Shown here piece by piece: positions 10,942-19,787 of a stretch of DNA of 64,000 bases (positions are counted from its first letter, which is position 1; every line of letters starts with the position of its first letter). The notes beneath the pieces are model-generated. The model did no database searches. It worked only from the letters and a program-made list of their open reading frames with translations, and was not told the origin of the DNA. The stretch is taken from NCBI GenBank assembly GCA_965226795.1, contig CBDDDZ010000002.1, positions 1-64,000 on the forward strand. Direction: 5' to 3'. The position numbers were made by a program, and so were the translations under genes. Source of the stretch: Candidatus Latescibacterota bacterium (GTDB lineage Bacteria > Latescibacterota > UBA2968 > GCA-2709665).

Positions 10942-11019
10942 AGACGCAAGACGGGAGAGGCGAGACGGAAGACGTTAGAAAGGGAAAAAAAGGCCGCGAG
11001 AGGTAAGACGGGAGACAAG
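10942..11019 (+). repeat. Degenerate heptamer tandem repeats (AGACGNN)
   Basis: AGACGCA AGACGGG AGAGGCG AGACGGA AGACGTT, then AGAGGTA AGACGGG AGACAAG. Confidence 0.6.
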
Positions 11020-11054
11020 GCAAAAACCGAAGCGCAAACCTTGGATAATTTGAA

Positions 11055-11924
11055 ATGACATCTATCGAAACCGCCATCTCGAGGATCGAGGGGACCGTGG
11101 GTGTGTCGGCCAGACACCTGGAAACCGGCCGGCGCATTGAACACAATGCCGACCACGTGTTCTTCACGGCCAGCACGCTGAAAGTTCCCCTTTTGGTCGA
11201 ACTTTATCGGCAGGTGGACCGGGGCGATATCGACCTGGACCAGCACATCGAGATCACCAGGGATCTTCGTGTTCCCGGCTCGGGTATTCTGAAGGAAATG
11301 GCAGAGGGTCTGAACCCCACCGTTCGCGATCTGGCCATGCTGATGATTATCATCAGCGACAACACCGCAACGGATTGCCTGTACAACCTTGTGGGAGGAC
11401 ACAATCTCAACCAAACGATTCAGCAACTCGGCCTGTCCAAAACCCGTATCCCGATGACCTGCAGGCAACTGCTCTTCGTCGTCGTCGGTCTTGATCCTAA
11501 CAATCCCGACCATACCTATGACCTGTGCGCGAAACGGCTGTTCAACCAGGAATGCGTACCGGATGGCTCGGGGTACGACATCGCGCGTTCCGACGTTTCC
11601 TCCCCCGGCGATATGTGCAAATTGCTTGAAATGCTCTATTCCGGCAATATCCTTTCACCCGCATCCCGGGAAGACGCCCTGCACATTCTCGAACGGCAGC
11701 AACTCAGAACCGTTATTCCCCATGCGCTGCCTGTTGGAACGCGTGTGGCGCACAAGACGGGTTTTTATTTCGGTGTGCGTGCCGACGTGGGCATCGTCTA
11801 TTCGCCGACCGGTCCATATACGGTTGCCATAATGGCCAGGGAGTTGAAATGCCCGGACCGAATGGTCGTCGACCTCAGCCTGGCCGCACTTGCAAGAGCG
11901 GTCTACGACACCCTTGCCGCATAG
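11055..11924 (+). CDS. Class A beta-lactamase-related serine hydrolase
   Basis: SxxK (STLK), SDN, HKTG. Confidence 0.85.
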   Translation: MTSIETAISRIEGTVGVSARHLETGRRIEHNADHVFFTASTLKVPLLVELYRQVDRGDIDLDQHIEITRDLRVPGSGILKEMAEGLNPTVRDLAMLMIIISDNTATDCLYNLVGGHNLNQTIQQLGLSKTRIPMTCRQLLFVVVGLDPNNPDHTYDLCAKRLFNQECVPDGSGYDIARSDVSSPGDMCKLLEMLYSGNILSPASREDALHILERQQLRTVIPHALPVGTRVAHKTGFYFGVRADVGIVYSPTGPYTVAIMARELKCPDRMVVDLSLAALARAVYDTLAA

Positions 11925-11959
11925 TTCGTGCCGGGAAGGAAAATAAGGAGAGCCGCGAA

Positions 11960-12682
11960 TTGGGCCGAGCCGTTGAAACCAACCTGGACGCGCTCAGAGA
12001 TTCCGTATATCCGGGACGCGGGATCATCATCGGCCAGACTCCGGATGCCGGACACCTCGTCCAGGTCTACTGGATCATGGGCAGAAGCCCTGGAAGCCGA
12101 AACCGGATGTTTGTCGCCGAAAACGATGTTGTCAGAACCCGGGCCTTCGACGAATCCGCGCTGGAGAATCCCGCTCTGGTTGTCTATTGTCCCATCAGAG
12201 TCGCCAACGCCTGTCACATCGTGTCCAACGGTGACCAGACGGATACCATCTACGGCGCGCTTCGCAGCGGCGGCACCTTCGAATCCGCCCTGAATACCCG
12301 ATCCTTCGAACCCGATCCCCCCATCCTTACGCCACGTATCGCGGGCATTGTCAACCTGGAGGACCCGTGCGCCGCCTACAAGCTCGCGATTCTCAAAGCC
12401 CTGGACCGAGGCGGCGATATCGCTGCCAGACATTACTTCAGCTACGAGACGGCGATACCAGGAATCGGCCACTGCATTACCACGTACCGAGACGACGGAA
12501 ATCCGCCGCCTGCGTTTTCCGGCGAACCGTATGCCGTCGAACTGCATGACAGGATTGAAATGACGTGCAACTTCTACTGGAACGTGCTTAACGAAGCAAA
12601 CAGAGTCTCCCTGCTTGTCAAGTTCATCCACGCGGAGTCGGGAAAAACCGACCTCAGGATTGTAAACAGGTACCAGGAATAG
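11960..12682 (+). CDS. purO: IMP cyclohydrolase-like protein (PurO type)
   Basis: YPGRGIIIG, YWIMGRS..SRNR, SNGDQTD, FEPD..TPRI; TTG start after AGGAG. Confidence 0.75.
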   Translation: MGRAVETNLDALRDSVYPGRGIIIGQTPDAGHLVQVYWIMGRSPGSRNRMFVAENDVVRTRAFDESALENPALVVYCPIRVANACHIVSNGDQTDTIYGALRSGGTFESALNTRSFEPDPPILTPRIAGIVNLEDPCAAYKLAILKALDRGGDIAARHYFSYETAIPGIGHCITTYRDDGNPPPAFSGEPYAVELHDRIEMTCNFYWNVLNEANRVSLLVKFIHAESGKTDLRIVNRYQE

Positions 12683-12684
12683 AA

Positions 12685-13404
12685 ATGCTGGCAGCCCTCA
12701 AACGTTTCTGGCCCGCGATCGTCTGCGCCATCGTCGCGCTGGCGTTCTGGGACACGCCCTTCATCAAACCCTTCAGGGTCTTCGTGGTCCTGGTACACGA
12801 AATGTGCCACGCGGGCGCCGCCCTCGCAACCGGGGGCGAAGTCCTTGAAATCCGTGTCAACTGGGACGAATCCGGCCACGCGCAGAGCCGGGGCGGCATT
12901 TTTCCGGTCATCGCCTCTGCCGGCTACGTCGGTTCCGCTTTCCTGGGCGCCTTTTTCATTTTCGTCAGTTCCTGGCCGCTGCTGCAGCGCATTCTACTTG
13001 CCGGGATCGGCGGCCTCGCTATCGGTATGACCGTACTCTACACACCCCTGGCCAGCATCGATTTCATGTTCGGTATCGCGAGCGGTCTCCTTCTTCTGAT
13101 CCCGGCCGTCCTGCTGCCAGGCGTCGCGCGTTGGGTGGCCACGTGGCTCGGCGTGATGTTGTGCCTTTACAGCCTCTACGACTTCCGCACCGATCTCTGG
13201 ATGTATACCGAACGCACCGATGCGGGCATCCTCGCCCGGCATTGGGACACGCCGCTTCTGGCTTATCCGATTGCTCTGGTCTGGGCCCTGATTTCCGTCT
13301 ACGCGATGTATCGATCCATGAGGTCGGCGGTGCGGAGGGGTCATATCCGGGACGCACGTGACGTCCCTCAAAACGACGCTGTTTCCTCCGGCGAGACGAA
13401 TTGA
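12685..13404 (+). CDS. M50-like membrane metallopeptidase
   Basis: HEMCH, SAGYVG, TDA motif, several hydrophobic segments. Confidence 0.8.
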   Translation: MLAALKRFWPAIVCAIVALAFWDTPFIKPFRVFVVLVHEMCHAGAALATGGEVLEIRVNWDESGHAQSRGGIFPVIASAGYVGSAFLGAFFIFVSSWPLLQRILLAGIGGLAIGMTVLYTPLASIDFMFGIASGLLLLIPAVLLPGVARWVATWLGVMLCLYSLYDFRTDLWMYTERTDAGILARHWDTPLLAYPIALVWALISVYAMYRSMRSAVRRGHIRDARDVPQNDAVSSGETN

Positions 13405-14246
13405 GGATTCCCGAATCCACGCCGCCCGTGGAAGACTCGCCCCAACGCAGTGCCGGTTTATCGCTGTTCGCGAGGTTACCCGATATGCATACCAGCAGAG
13501 TCCTTGCCGCACGGGATTTCGAATATTGGAAGTGTGGGGGGAACGGCCTTACGTCCGTCCCCTTCAAGGAATTCTGTCCCGATTACGTTGAGTCAGATCG
13601 TACGGGAATCGTCTCGCCCTGCCTCGAAGACGGCATCCTCCACGCCTCGTACGCGATTCTGGCGCTAACCACGGCCTTTTACGATGCCTGGCGGGCACGG
13701 GGGGATGACTTCTTCATTTATCCGCAGCACTTCGCCATTCTGGACATTTCGGAAAAAGGCGTCAATACCGGCAGCGGTCGCCTTACACTGGATAAGGAAC
13801 GTCTGGGATGGCCGTGGGGCAACCTGGACGTCTGGCCCGACTCGAAGTGGGTTCCGGCTGACGGCAGCGTTTCAGGCGCGCTGAAGAAGGCGTTCGATCT
13901 CCAGATCAATCGACTCCTCTGGCCCGAGTCCTTCGTTCCCGGCGGGCGCGAGTCGCGTCTTCCGGATTACGCGTTCAAGATGATGCGGACGCACCTGAAG
14001 TCCGTGCATTACTACAGATCCGCGGAACCCGATGTCGAAATCCGCGCCAGATCGAACGTGAACGAGGTTGTACAGACAAGCCGTTACAGGCTGTCCCAAC
14101 TTGAAGGGTTGTCAACGCGGCATTTCCCGACTAAGTACGAAGTTGAAAACCCCGGTAGCGTGCATGGTTGCGTGGAAAGGTATCGCAGGGTAGAGCCCGA
14201 ACAGTTCCTGGAGGACATGGGCGCCTGCTTCGAAGACGGTCGTTAG
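13401..14246 (+). CDS. Hypothetical protein
   Basis: 281-aa ORF overlapping the upstream stop (TTGA); no motif recognised. Confidence 0.65.
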   Translation: MRIPESTPPVEDSPQRSAGLSLFARLPDMHTSRVLAARDFEYWKCGGNGLTSVPFKEFCPDYVESDRTGIVSPCLEDGILHASYAILALTTAFYDAWRARGDDFFIYPQHFAILDISEKGVNTGSGRLTLDKERLGWPWGNLDVWPDSKWVPADGSVSGALKKAFDLQINRLLWPESFVPGGRESRLPDYAFKMMRTHLKSVHYYRSAEPDVEIRARSNVNEVVQTSRYRLSQLEGLSTRHFPTKYEVENPGSVHGCVERYRRVEPEQFLEDMGACFEDGR

Positions 14247-14345
14247 TGGCATATCCGGTCTCGGATGAACCTGGAATTCGATCCGGGACCTGGTCCATTG
14301 TATTTCTCCGCGGCACCCAAGGCTTTTCGCATTTCAAGGTGCGGT

Positions 14346-15701
14346 ATGCATAACGCTCGTAGCCCGCGAAAGAAATTGGCGCGCGCCGAACCCGGGAATC
14401 CCGTTCGGGTGGGTCTCATCGGCGCCGGAAAATTCGGCACGATGTTCCTGGCGCAAGCCCGCCGGATTCCGGACCTGCATGTCCTGGGTGTGGCCGATCT
14501 TTCCATTGACCGGGCGCGCGAAGCCCTCGGGCGCGCGGAGTGGCCGCCCAGCCAATTCGCCGCAACGGACTTCCACAATGCCCTTAAGACCGGGGCCACC
14601 CACCTTACCGACGACGGCGATGCCCTGGTTTGCGCGGATGGACTCGACGTGGTGGTCGAAGCCACCGGCAATCCACTCGCGGGCATCCACTACGCCCTTA
14701 AAGCCATCGACGAAGGCCGCCACCTGGTCATGGTCAACGTCGAAGCGGACGTCCTCGCCGGCCCCGTACTGGCGCAACGGGCGGAATCCGCCGGCCTCGT
14801 CTACTCGCTTGCCTATGGCGACCAGCCTGCTTTGATTTGTGAACTTGTCGAATGGGCGAGGACCAACGGATTCGACGTCGTCTGCGCCGGTAAAGGCACG
14901 AAACATCGGCCGGCCTACCATGCATCGACGCCCGATACCGTCTGGGACCACTACGGGATTGACGCGGAAACCGCGGCTCGCGGCGGGATGAACCCCAGGA
15001 TGTTCAATTCCTTCCTGGACGGAACGAAATCGGCCATCGAAATGGCCGCTGTCTCAAATGCCACCGGGCTGGAACCGCAGCCGGAGGGTCTGAACTTCCC
15101 GCCATGCGAAATCGACCGCCTGCCGGAGGTCTGCCGGCCCCGGAGCGCGGGCGGTCGACTCTCGCACAAGGGAACGGTCGAGGTCGTCTCCTGCGTGCAA
15201 CCGGACGGAACGCCGGTCGACCCGCACCTTCGCTGGGGCGTGTACGTCACCATCGAAGGGTCGGGCAACTATATCCGGCGCTGTTTCGCCGAATACGGCC
15301 TGCCGACGGATGCCTCCGGACGTTATACGGCCATCTACCGTCCCTACCATCTGGTCGGCATGGAACTTGCCACCAGCGTGATGCGCGCGGGGGTGCGCGG
15401 CGAAGCGACCGGCTGCCCCCGTGCGTTTGTCGGAGACGTCGTTGCCACCGCGAAACGCGATCTTGACGAGGGAGAAATCTTGGACGGCGAGGGCGGATAT
15501 CGTGTTTACGGCAAACTCATGCCAGCGGCCGGCGCGGTGAAGGGCGATATTCTGCCCATTGGCCTGGCGCACACACTCAGGCTGAAACGTGGAATTACTG
15601 CGGGCCAGCCGATCCTTCGATCCGACGTGGAACTCGACGAAGACAGCGACGTTTTCCGCCTTCGCAAGGAGATGGAAGGACGACTTTCGGACGCGGGCTG
15701 A
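14346..15701 (+). CDS. Homoserine dehydrogenase-like NAD(P) oxidoreductase with C-terminal SAF domain
   Basis: VGLIGAGKFG, GDQPALI, DGTKSAIEM, RPYHLVGME, AKRDL..GEILDGEGG; start uncertain. Confidence 0.85.
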   Translation: MHNARSPRKKLARAEPGNPVRVGLIGAGKFGTMFLAQARRIPDLHVLGVADLSIDRAREALGRAEWPPSQFAATDFHNALKTGATHLTDDGDALVCADGLDVVVEATGNPLAGIHYALKAIDEGRHLVMVNVEADVLAGPVLAQRAESAGLVYSLAYGDQPALICELVEWARTNGFDVVCAGKGTKHRPAYHASTPDTVWDHYGIDAETAARGGMNPRMFNSFLDGTKSAIEMAAVSNATGLEPQPEGLNFPPCEIDRLPEVCRPRSAGGRLSHKGTVEVVSCVQPDGTPVDPHLRWGVYVTIEGSGNYIRRCFAEYGLPTDASGRYTAIYRPYHLVGMELATSVMRAGVRGEATGCPRAFVGDVVATAKRDLDEGEILDGEGGYRVYGKLMPAAGAVKGDILPIGLAHTLRLKRGITAGQPILRSDVELDEDSDVFRLRKEMEGRLSDAG

Positions 15702-15756
15702 AGCCTCGCCTGCAGAGCAACTTTTTCAACGGACTGCTAAAGAGGAGATGCCGCCA

Positions 15757-17616
15757 ATGCAAGTGTCACAGGATCTGGGCAACGGTTTCCGGCACCACGG
15801 CGTCGCGACTGACATCGGCAACAGCAGGGGGCTTGTCGCCACCGTGGACGGACAAGGCCGAAACGTGGTGCTGCTCTGGTTGTACGATCGTCGGGGCTGT
15901 TACGCCCTCCTGCTGATCGACGCGGAAACCGGCGCCAGCGAACAGTACCCCCTGCCTTTTCCTCCGGGCGATGACTTCAATGCGTGCCCCTTTTCGTCCC
16001 TTCTCTCCAGCGGCAACCTCTTCTGTACCCACTTTCACAGCCACTTCCTGGCCTTCGATCCCGGCGAGCGGGCGTTTACGTTCTGCCACGAAACCGTACC
16101 GCAGATGGCCATGGGTATGACGGAAGACGACAGCGGCCTAATCTGGGCGGCCACCCATCCGGATAGCGGCGTTCTGTCTTACGATCCCCGAACCCGCGCG
16201 TTCAGGGATTACGGTCACGTCTACAAACAGAACTGGCGGCAATACCCGCGTTCGGTTGCCGCCGACGAGGCCGGATGGATCTACTTCGGTATCGGAAGCA
16301 CCGCCAGCCAGATCATCTGCCTGGAACCGGATTCCGGCACTGCGGAACCCATGCTATCCGAAAGCGAACGCGTCCAGGGTAGCGGCCACGTCTACCGCGA
16401 CCTCAACGGGAAGGTATACGGACATGCCGGCGACAATTCCCATAACTGGCTTGAACTCTACAAGGGTACGCGTAAACCTGTCGGGTCGCTGGAAGCACAG
16501 AACGAAAAACCGATCGTCACGGGCAGCCAAGGCCTTTTCTACCGGGATTTCCCCGATGGCAAACGCGTCCTGACGTGCGACCTGGCCAACCGCACCCTGT
16601 CCGTAGAGAATCCCGTATCCGGAGAAATCCGGGAAGTTGACTTCGAATACACGACCGAAGGCGCCCACGTGATGGGCCTTGCCGCGGCTCCGGACAACAC
16701 CATCTGCGGGGGCACCACCTTTCCCGCGCGCTTCTTCAGCTACGATCCTGAAGCCGACAGTTGGACGAATCGCCCGAACCATGGGCAGTGGAACACCGTT
16801 GCCCGGCAGTCGGACCGTTTTTTCGCCGGCGGATACACAGGCGGTTTTCTGCTGGAATGGGACCCCGCCGGACCGTGGGTCCCTACCGAAAAGGACAACC
16901 CCGATTCCAACCCACGTTTCCTGACCGAATGCAAACCCGCCATTAACCGCCCGCATACACTGCTCGCCCACCCGGACGGCAAGACCGTCATCCTGGCGGG
17001 CACACCGGATTACGGTCACACGGGCGGCGGGATGCTGTTCCGGGATCGGGAAACCGGCTCGCACGTACTGCTCGAGCACACCGATATTCTCCCCGATCAC
17101 AGCACGATGAGCCTGATCGCCCTTCCGGACGGCAACCTCCTGGGCGGGTCCACCACCAATCCCGGCACGGGCGGCGAGCGGAAGGCGGAAGAAGCCGAAC
17201 TCTTCGTGATGGATCCGGACACCCGACGGATCCTGTGGCGCGAAGTCGCATTCCCCGGTGTGCAATCGTACACGGATCTCTGTCCGGGTCCGGACGGCCT
17301 GGTCTACGGCGTTGCCGACGGGGAACGTTTTTTCGCCTTCGATCCCGATACCAGGGAAATCCTGCGCAGCGAAACTACCGTCCACCGTTTCGGGCTTACC
17401 GCGATGCAGCAGGGCCCGCGTGTCTTCGTCTCCGGCCCGGATGGCGATGTCTACATGCTGTTCGTCAAAGGGATCGTCCGCGTAAACCCGAATGACCACA
17501 GCCTCGCCATGCTGGCTGCGTCTCCCGTACCCATCGGTTTCGGCGGGGACTGGTTGAACGGACGCATCTACTTCGGGAGCGGATCCCACGTCTACAGCTA
17601 CGGGGTATGCGAATAA
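15757..17616 (+). CDS. Large beta-propeller-like hypothetical protein
   Basis: Repeated 'DG.IYxG...YDP.T' blades; GAGGAG 9 nt upstream of the ATG. Confidence 0.7.
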   Translation: MQVSQDLGNGFRHHGVATDIGNSRGLVATVDGQGRNVVLLWLYDRRGCYALLLIDAETGASEQYPLPFPPGDDFNACPFSSLLSSGNLFCTHFHSHFLAFDPGERAFTFCHETVPQMAMGMTEDDSGLIWAATHPDSGVLSYDPRTRAFRDYGHVYKQNWRQYPRSVAADEAGWIYFGIGSTASQIICLEPDSGTAEPMLSESERVQGSGHVYRDLNGKVYGHAGDNSHNWLELYKGTRKPVGSLEAQNEKPIVTGSQGLFYRDFPDGKRVLTCDLANRTLSVENPVSGEIREVDFEYTTEGAHVMGLAAAPDNTICGGTTFPARFFSYDPEADSWTNRPNHGQWNTVARQSDRFFAGGYTGGFLLEWDPAGPWVPTEKDNPDSNPRFLTECKPAINRPHTLLAHPDGKTVILAGTPDYGHTGGGMLFRDRETGSHVLLEHTDILPDHSTMSLIALPDGNLLGGSTTNPGTGGERKAEEAELFVMDPDTRRILWREVAFPGVQSYTDLCPGPDGLVYGVADGERFFAFDPDTREILRSETTVHRFGLTAMQQGPRVFVSGPDGDVYMLFVKGIVRVNPNDHSLAMLAASPVPIGFGGDWLNGRIYFGSGSHVYSYGVCE

Positions 17617-17687
17617 GGAACGAGGGAGGGCGCCACGGTGACGGCGTCATGCGCCGGGATTGACAGGGTGGGAGCCGTGGCGTTGCT

Positions 17688-18452
17688 TCAGCGAACCTTC
17701 CGAGCCAGCACGTAGAAGTCGTGAGGCAGCTTCTCCGCGCACCGACCCAGTCCCTCTATCGGAAAACCGGCCTGGCTCAGATTGCATTCCACCATTTGCT
17801 CCAGGACGAAGCCGGTTTGCACGTCGGCATTCAAAATGTCCGCCAACGTGTGGGGAAACTCCACTTCGTCGGATTCCTTCGAGACGAAATCGTCAATTTG
17901 AAACGGTGAATATTCCGGCCTCCTGTCGCCGTAGCTCCGAACGACTCTCAGGCTGCCGTCGGTCTCATCCGCTTCCAGGCACCACAGCGTGAGTGGGTGG
18001 TTCTCATGCAGGAACAATCGGCCGTTTGCCCGTAGAACTCGATACCAGTTTCGGCATGCCGTGGGAAGGTCTTCGTAGTACCACAGGTTGCCATCTGCAT
18101 GTACAAGGTCGAACGCACCGTCTCCTATCGTCGAGAGACGTTGAGCGTCGGCAAGGACGAACCGCACGGCCAGACCAACCCTGGCCGCGTTTTGTTTCGC
18201 CTCCTCGATGGCGACCGGGCTGAAATCACAGGCCGTTACGCTGGCGCCCAGGTTTGCGAAAGAAAACGCCTGACTCGCGTCGCCTCCGCAGCTTAGCTGC
18301 AACACATCCAGTCCGGAGACGTCACCCAGAAGCGCCAGCTCCGTTTCAGTGAATGTCGTGCCTCCGTCGCGGAATTCATGAACCCATTCGGGGTGCTCCC
18401 GCCTCCTGGCGGCCAGGTACCGGTGGCCCTCGTCCCAACCCGCCCGGTTCAT
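17688..18452 (-). CDS. Class I SAM-dependent methyltransferase
   Basis: VLQLSCGG, VTACDFS, ADAQ, FDLVH; probable original start at 18488 is cut by an in-frame TAG. Confidence 0.8.
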   Translation of the reverse strand: MNRAGWDEGHRYLAARRREHPEWVHEFRDGGTTFTETELALLGDVSGLDVLQLSCGGDASQAFSFANLGASVTACDFSPVAIEEAKQNAARVGLAVRFVLADAQRLSTIGDGAFDLVHADGNLWYYEDLPTACRNWYRVLRANGRLFLHENHPLTLWCLEADETDGSLRVVRSYGDRRPEYSPFQIDDFVSKESDEVEFPHTLADILNADVQTGFVLEQMVECNLSQAGFPIEGLGRCAEKLPHDFYVLARKVR

Positions 18453-18581
18453 TTTTAGATGCTACTGTTTGGAATGTCCTGCAGCCATAATCACCCTCTA
18501 TCAGCCCTCTCCGCAGTCTAAATCCAAATCGGCCGATTCATCACGTTTCGCCACCTTTGAGGCGGAATCTCCTCCATCCCC

Positions 18582-18831
18582 TAACGTCCCCTATTCTCTT
18601 GCCCTTTTTCTTGCATCGCCCAAGAAAAAGGGCGAAAAAGAAGGGCGCCGCTCGGCGCGCGGCCGGTTTTTCCGCGAATCGCCTCAGGGGCAAGATTGCG
18701 ATTGGGCGACCTACGAGCCCGTCAGATGTACCAGTACTGCTGTGCTGGATGGAAAAACGCGGAAAAACCCCCCACGCCACCACCGGCCGCCCGAGGGAAG
18801 ATTTGCAGTGCTATGATGATGTTTGACGTTA
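18582..18831. mobile_element. MITE-like structured element
   Basis: Ends TAACGTC/GACGTTA; internal hairpin GCCCTTTTTCTTG..CAAGAAAAAGGGC and inverted GGTTTTTCCGCG/CGCGGAAAAACC. Confidence 0.5.
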
Positions 18832-18858
18832 AGGCGCGGAGAATCCGCCTCCGCCCGC

Positions 18859-18885
18859 GTAGCGGGCGACCCTTGTGGTCGCCCT
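18859..18885 (+). repeat. GTAG-type REP-like palindrome
   Basis: GTAG-C-GGGCGACC-CTTGT-GGTCGCCC. Confidence 0.6.
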
Positions 18886-19030
18886 GTTGTCGGGATACAG
18901 CCAAGGCCGTTCAACATCAACCTGACTCTTCACTGTCGAGGACAGGATCATGCCTCTCTTCCCGTTGCCGGGGAGGGGTCAGCAACCAGACGCTGGATAT
19001 TTTCGTACGTTGCCTGTGTTGCTTGTGTTA

Positions 19031-19086
19031 AGCCTGTCGAAGCGCCCACGTTTCGCCACCCTTCCGACCCTTCGACAGGCTCAGGG
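19031..19086. repeat. AGCCTGTCGAAG/CTTCGACAGGCT inverted repeat (REP-like)
   Basis: Perfect 12-bp inverted repeat; same motif family at 34441-34670. Confidence 0.6.
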
Positions 19087-19139
19087 TGCGGCACAGGATA
19101 CATCCTCAATGGCAGTCTGAGCGCGGCACTGCCGATCGC

Positions 19140-19787
19140 TTACCACGTCTTGAACATGACCTGGCGATCCTGGACCCGAAATCCCAGGAGCGACGCGCGC
19201 CCCTGCGGGTCGACCTGGACGAGCGCCGCGAAATCCCCGGGATGCTTCCGGATGTCCTGGACGATCCGCTTTCGCAGATTTTCCGTGACATCGCAGTATC
19301 CGATTCCCAGGTCCACGTAGTCCTGCGGGACCGAAGCAGTCGCCACGGCCCGGTGTGATTCGACGTTTCCGAACGGCGTGTCCACCTGTCCGATTGCCAC
19401 CGAATCCGCGAGCCAGGTACCGTCGCTCTTCTGCCGCAGGTTTACATGAATGGGTTCCCATCGTCGCGCCGTCTTGCCGCGGATCAGAATCGACGCCGGC
19501 GATACGTCCAACGGCCGATCTGCCCATGCCGTCTCGACCGACCACGTGGAATCCGCATGTCTCCGCAGCGTTGCATAGACTGTCTCCCCCCGCTTGCGGC
19601 GCGCTTCAAGCCGTTCGATGTCATAATTCAGGCGGATACCCGATCCTCGCATCACGTCCCTTAAATTTGCAACCTTTGCGGAAAGCCAGATCTTCTTTCC
19701 CGATTCATTCCGGCCCAGGGGCAGCGCAGCCAGGATCCCGATCTGCGCGAGCAGCGCGGCTCCGAACCAGATGGATCTCTTAGCCAT
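19140..19787 (-). CDS. GDYXXLXY-family membrane-anchored protein (motif degenerate)
   Basis: N-terminal TM; RDVMRGSGIRLNYDI in place of GDYxxLxY; overlaps the stop of the DUF2157 gene. Confidence 0.7.
   Translation of the reverse strand: MAKRSIWFGAALLAQIGILAALPLGRNESGKKIWLSAKVANLRDVMRGSGIRLNYDIERLEARRKRGETVYATLRRHADSTWSVETAWADRPLDVSPASILIRGKTARRWEPIHVNLRQKSDGTWLADSVAIGQVDTPFGNVESHRAVATASVPQDYVDLGIGYCDVTENLRKRIVQDIRKHPGDFAALVQVDPQGRASLLGFRVQDRQVMFKTW

Noticed and set aside
11055..11924. Bona fide antibiotic resistance calls (beta-lactamase here; AAC(3), MBL and APH elsewhere)
   Set aside because: Only superfamily motifs are visible; context and missing signal peptides favour metabolic roles
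18462..18464. Pyrrolysine or stop-codon recoding
   Set aside because: TAG ends many normal genes in this window, and this is not a methylamine methyltransferase
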